Shown: in pieces, positions 61,235 to 64,000 of the stretch
Layout of the letters: every line of letters starts with the position of its first letter
Numbering within the stretch: position 1 is the stretch's first letter
Assembly (NCBI GenBank): GCA_034530875.2
Contig: JAVRCJ020000009.1
Coordinates: 128,001-192,000, forward strand
DNA length: 64,000 nucleotides
Source: Nostoc sp. DedSLP01
GTDB taxonomy: Bacteria > Cyanobacteriota > Cyanobacteriia > Cyanobacteriales > Nostocaceae
Reading direction: 5' to 3'
Translations under genes and position numbers: made by a program
Notes under the pieces: generated by a model
Told to the model about the DNA's origin: nothing
Database searches by the model: none
The model's input: only the letters and a program-made list of their open reading frames with translations

Positions 61235-61362
61235 TGCAGTCTCCATCAGGTGGCGATCGAAGTTGGCACACACAATACTCTATCCCAAACTGAGTCCTGA
61301 GTCACAGAACTTCTGAGCTAGACAAGCCTGAAGCTCGCAAGTTATTGCTATGTGCTTAGAAA

Positions 61363-61494
61363 ATATGCGAATCCGGTTTGATTTGGAGAATTTATTTGTG
61401 GAGACAGGGAGTAGGGAATGGGGAGTGGGGAGTAGGACAGAAGCCTTGTCTGAATGTACTGATTTTTTTCACGCAATCAAATCTGAGTCCTATA
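61363..61494. repeat. MITE-like element (…AATCCGGTTTGATT … AATCAAATCTGAGT…) with an internal GGGGAGT STRR
   Basis: Imperfect inverted ends TTTGATT/AATCAAA; a degenerate relative seems to lie at about 15800-15900. Confidence 0.5.
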
Positions 61495-61711
61495 GTACAG
61501 ATCGTTTTAGAGCGATCGACCTCATTCAAATGAGAATTGTTATAGATTCAAGCTAAAGTGAATGTAAATATTACAGGCTGGTACAACTTAAAACAATCAA
61601 CTAATAGCGTCTGGATATTACTTTGTTTAATTATTAGGAGCAAAAGCGCAATTTTCTTACCAAGAGTTTGCGCCAATGCGTACAGAATATTTACAATGTT
61701 CCCTAAAATTT

Positions 61712-62923
61712 ATGGATAATTTCCCAGTGGTCGCTCAAGCGGATGCATTCTCACCAAATTCTCCCCAGGATAATACACGTCTGATGCGGCCTCATAACGA
61801 TTCGGATTCATCACCGAAGGAAAAAGTCGGAACTGACTTTGACTCTCGGATGATGCAGCGGTGTTTGGAACTTGCTCGCCGCGCCTTAGGGCGTACTTCG
61901 CCAAACCCGCTAGTGGGAGCAGTGATTGTTAAGGATGGAGAAATTGTTGGGGAAGGGTTTCATCCTCGTGCGGGTGAGCCTCATGCAGAAGTGTTTGCCT
62001 TGAAAGCAGCAGGAGCGAAGGCTCAAGGCGCAACCATCTATGTCAGCCTCGAACCTTGCAATCATTACGGCCGCACTCCTCCTTGTTCGGAAGCTTTGGT
62101 CAAAGCAGGGGTAGCAAAGGTGGTAGTGGGTATGGTCGATCCCAATCCACTCGTAGCTGGGGGTGGTATTGCGCGTTTACGTGCGGCGGGAATCGAAGTG
62201 GTGGTAGGAGTAGAAGAGGAAGCTTGTCGCCAACTCAATGAAGGTTTCGTTCATCGCATTCTCTACAAACGACCTTTAGGGATTTTAAAATATGCCATGA
62301 CTTTGGATGGCAAAATTGCTACCACTTCTGGTCACAGTGCTTGGGTAACAAGCCAAAGTTCCCGCACTGAGGTACATCAGTTGCGGGCGGCTTGTGATGC
62401 TGTAATTGTTGGTGGTAATACAGTAAGACTGGACAATCCTTATTTAACCAGCCATCAAGTGGGGGCACATAATCCCCTACGGGTGGTAATGAGCCGCCGT
62501 CTTGACTTACCGGGAAATGCCCACCTGTGGCAAACTGCGGATGCTCCAACTTTAGTGTTGACAGAGGAAGGTGCTAACCCCGATTTTCAAGAAATGTTGC
62601 AGAAACTTGGGGTGGAGGTAGTAGAATTAACTTCTCTGACACCTGATAAAGCAATGGGGTACTTATACGAGCGAGGTTTTTGTAGCGTGTTGTGGGAGTG
62701 TGGTAGTACCTTAGCTGCTACTGCGATCGCTCAAGGAGCAGTGCAAAAAGTCTTAGCATTTATTGCCCCAAAAATTATTGGTGGTAGTCTTGCTCCTACA
62801 CCTGTAGGCGATTTAGGCTTTACTACTATGACTCAGGCACTGTCTTTAGAACGCGTTCGTTGGCGTGTAATCGGCTCCGACTGTTTAGTAGAAGGTTATC
62901 TTCCTCAAACAAGTCAATCATGA
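61712..62923 (+). CDS. ribD: Riboflavin biosynthesis deaminase/reductase RibD
   Basis: PNPLVG, HAE, LEPCNHYGRTPPC and KYAMTLDGKIA motifs. Start may be 61676 or 61712. Confidence 0.97.
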   Translation: MDNFPVVAQADAFSPNSPQDNTRLMRPHNDSDSSPKEKVGTDFDSRMMQRCLELARRALGRTSPNPLVGAVIVKDGEIVGEGFHPRAGEPHAEVFALKAAGAKAQGATIYVSLEPCNHYGRTPPCSEALVKAGVAKVVVGMVDPNPLVAGGGIARLRAAGIEVVVGVEEEACRQLNEGFVHRILYKRPLGILKYAMTLDGKIATTSGHSAWVTSQSSRTEVHQLRAACDAVIVGGNTVRLDNPYLTSHQVGAHNPLRVVMSRRLDLPGNAHLWQTADAPTLVLTEEGANPDFQEMLQKLGVEVVELTSLTPDKAMGYLYERGFCSVLWECGSTLAATAIAQGAVQKVLAFIAPKIIGGSLAPTPVGDLGFTTMTQALSLERVRWRVIGSDCLVEGYLPQTSQS

Positions 62924-62976
62924 TCGGGAATCTCAATTCTGAATATTGAATTCTGAATTTAGTGAATTTGCTTCAA

Positions 62977-63192
62977 TCAACACTGACGTTCATGAGCGAT
63001 ATCGCGTATGAGTGCTAGCCGGGATTGAATGTAGTGGCTGAGAAAATCAGTTTCGTTAGAATTTAACAAAATTTGCGTTTCGGTTTGTTTCACCAACCAC
63101 TGCACCAAGCTAGCATCATCGAGTTGCAAGAGGATCTTAGCTTGGGCGGTTTCAACCACAGACCAAAGCTGACGCATAATTGTAGGAGTCAT
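62977..63192 (-). CDS. Small conserved cyanobacterial hypothetical protein
   Basis: MTPTIMRQLWSVVE...YIQSRLALIRDIA; GAGG RBS. Confidence 0.8.
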   Translation of the reverse strand: MTPTIMRQLWSVVETAQAKILLQLDDASLVQWLVKQTETQILLNSNETDFLSHYIQSRLALIRDIAHERQC

Positions 63193-63746
63193 CAGACCTC
63201 AATAGAACCATTAGCTTAGCTGTTTTCAGATTACACAATTTTGATCGCAATTTACGACATGAATGTACAACCTGAGACAAGTATTATTAAAAAGTTAATA
63301 ATCGTATTTATAACTTTATGAAGATTCAGAATTGAAATGTCTGTTTTGAAAATTTGCCATCTTCCATAAAGCCTAAGGGCACAGCCAAGACTCAATTTGA
63401 TGAATTTTAGTTCCAAAATTTCAAACAGAGTTTACTAATCTTAAAAACCAGATTTTTATGGTTATAAATACTGAAATTGACTCAATTTTAACTGAAAAAG
63501 CCAATTTATGGAAGGTATATGTCGAATAATTTATTTGTGTTGTGAGATACAAAAATTTTAAAAATTCAGAATCAAAACTAGAAAGTTGATGAATTACTAA
63601 GACTTTCATCCCTCAGCCTGAATAATCAAGCAGAAATTCAAGCAGCCAGATCGCGCATAGTTTTTCAAATATTCTCGATTTTGCTTGCTGGCTAAAATGA
63701 CTTCTACCAAAAAGCTAGATTTTTGAAATCAATCTCTACCAAAAAA

Positions 63747-63998
63747 TCAACATTTCTTCCCTGTAGAGGGATTTACGAAATCATGTAAATTTTCATCCCA
63801 AATACTAATGTAAATAAAATCACATTCTTGGCGGATAATTTGACCTTTAACAGAGCCATTCTGAAAACTAAAATGATCGGACTGACCCTGTTGTACTTGT
63901 TTAAGCCCCTGCTTTATATCTTCAGTGGCTTGACCATTTAAGAGTCCGTTTAAAGTCGTCTGCATTATCTGTGGGTCTACCGATTGGTTAAAAGATAC
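63747..63998 (-). CDS. 3' part of a hypothetical protein running off the right edge
   Basis: The frame stays open upstream of 63965 (VSFNQSVDPQIMQTT...) to the edge; C-terminal IYISIWDENLH motif. Confidence 0.7.
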   Translation of the reverse strand, partial: VSFNQSVDPQIMQTTLNGLLNGQATEDIKQGLKQVQQGQSDHFSFQNGSVKGQIIRQECDFIYISIWDENLHDFVNPSTGKKC

Positions 63999-64000
63999 CT

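Noticed and set aside
61350..61556. 68-aa ORF between trx and ribD
   Set aside because: It is translated MITE/STRR sequence (SREWGVGSR).
63421..63609. 62-aa minus-strand ORF
   Set aside because: Very AT-rich with F/I/K bias typical of spurious intergenic frames; no other support.
1..64000. CRISPR array, rRNA, tRNA, transposase, integrase or prophage genes
   Set aside because: I saw no regularly spaced repeat-spacer series or RNA-gene signatures, and all long ORFs have other recognisable identities.

Overview
This is a chromosomal window from a heterocyst-forming cyanobacterium (Nostocales). The assignment rests on frequent HIP1 octamers (GCGATCGC), heptameric STRR arrays and typical gene content. 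It is mostly housekeeping: nrrA, clpS, two B12-binding radical SAM genes, rne-rnhB, pheA, the str operon (rpsL-rpsG-fusA-tuf-rpsJ), Fd-GOGAT, lepB, a class A PBP, tyrS-pyrF, udg, uvrC, an x-type thioredoxin and ribD. One small accessory patch (about 8.95-11.5 kb) holds an unknown coupled gene pair and a VapBC-type TA pair, each preceded by the same 42-bp repeat, plus MITE-like elements and a pentapeptide lipoprotein split by one in-frame stop. I found no rRNA, tRNA, CRISPR array, transposase or integrase. The most interesting signals are small. They are an attenuator-like leader with an 11-nt match to the sRNA Yfr1 (190-303), the repeat-bounded cassette at 9.1-10.4 kb, tiny hairpin elements inserted into a HIP1 site and STRR arrays (one in frame inside a gene), long structured spacers before rne and between rpsL and rpsG, and several NtcA/CRP-type sites. 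Product calls come from recognising motifs and families by eye; no database search was run.
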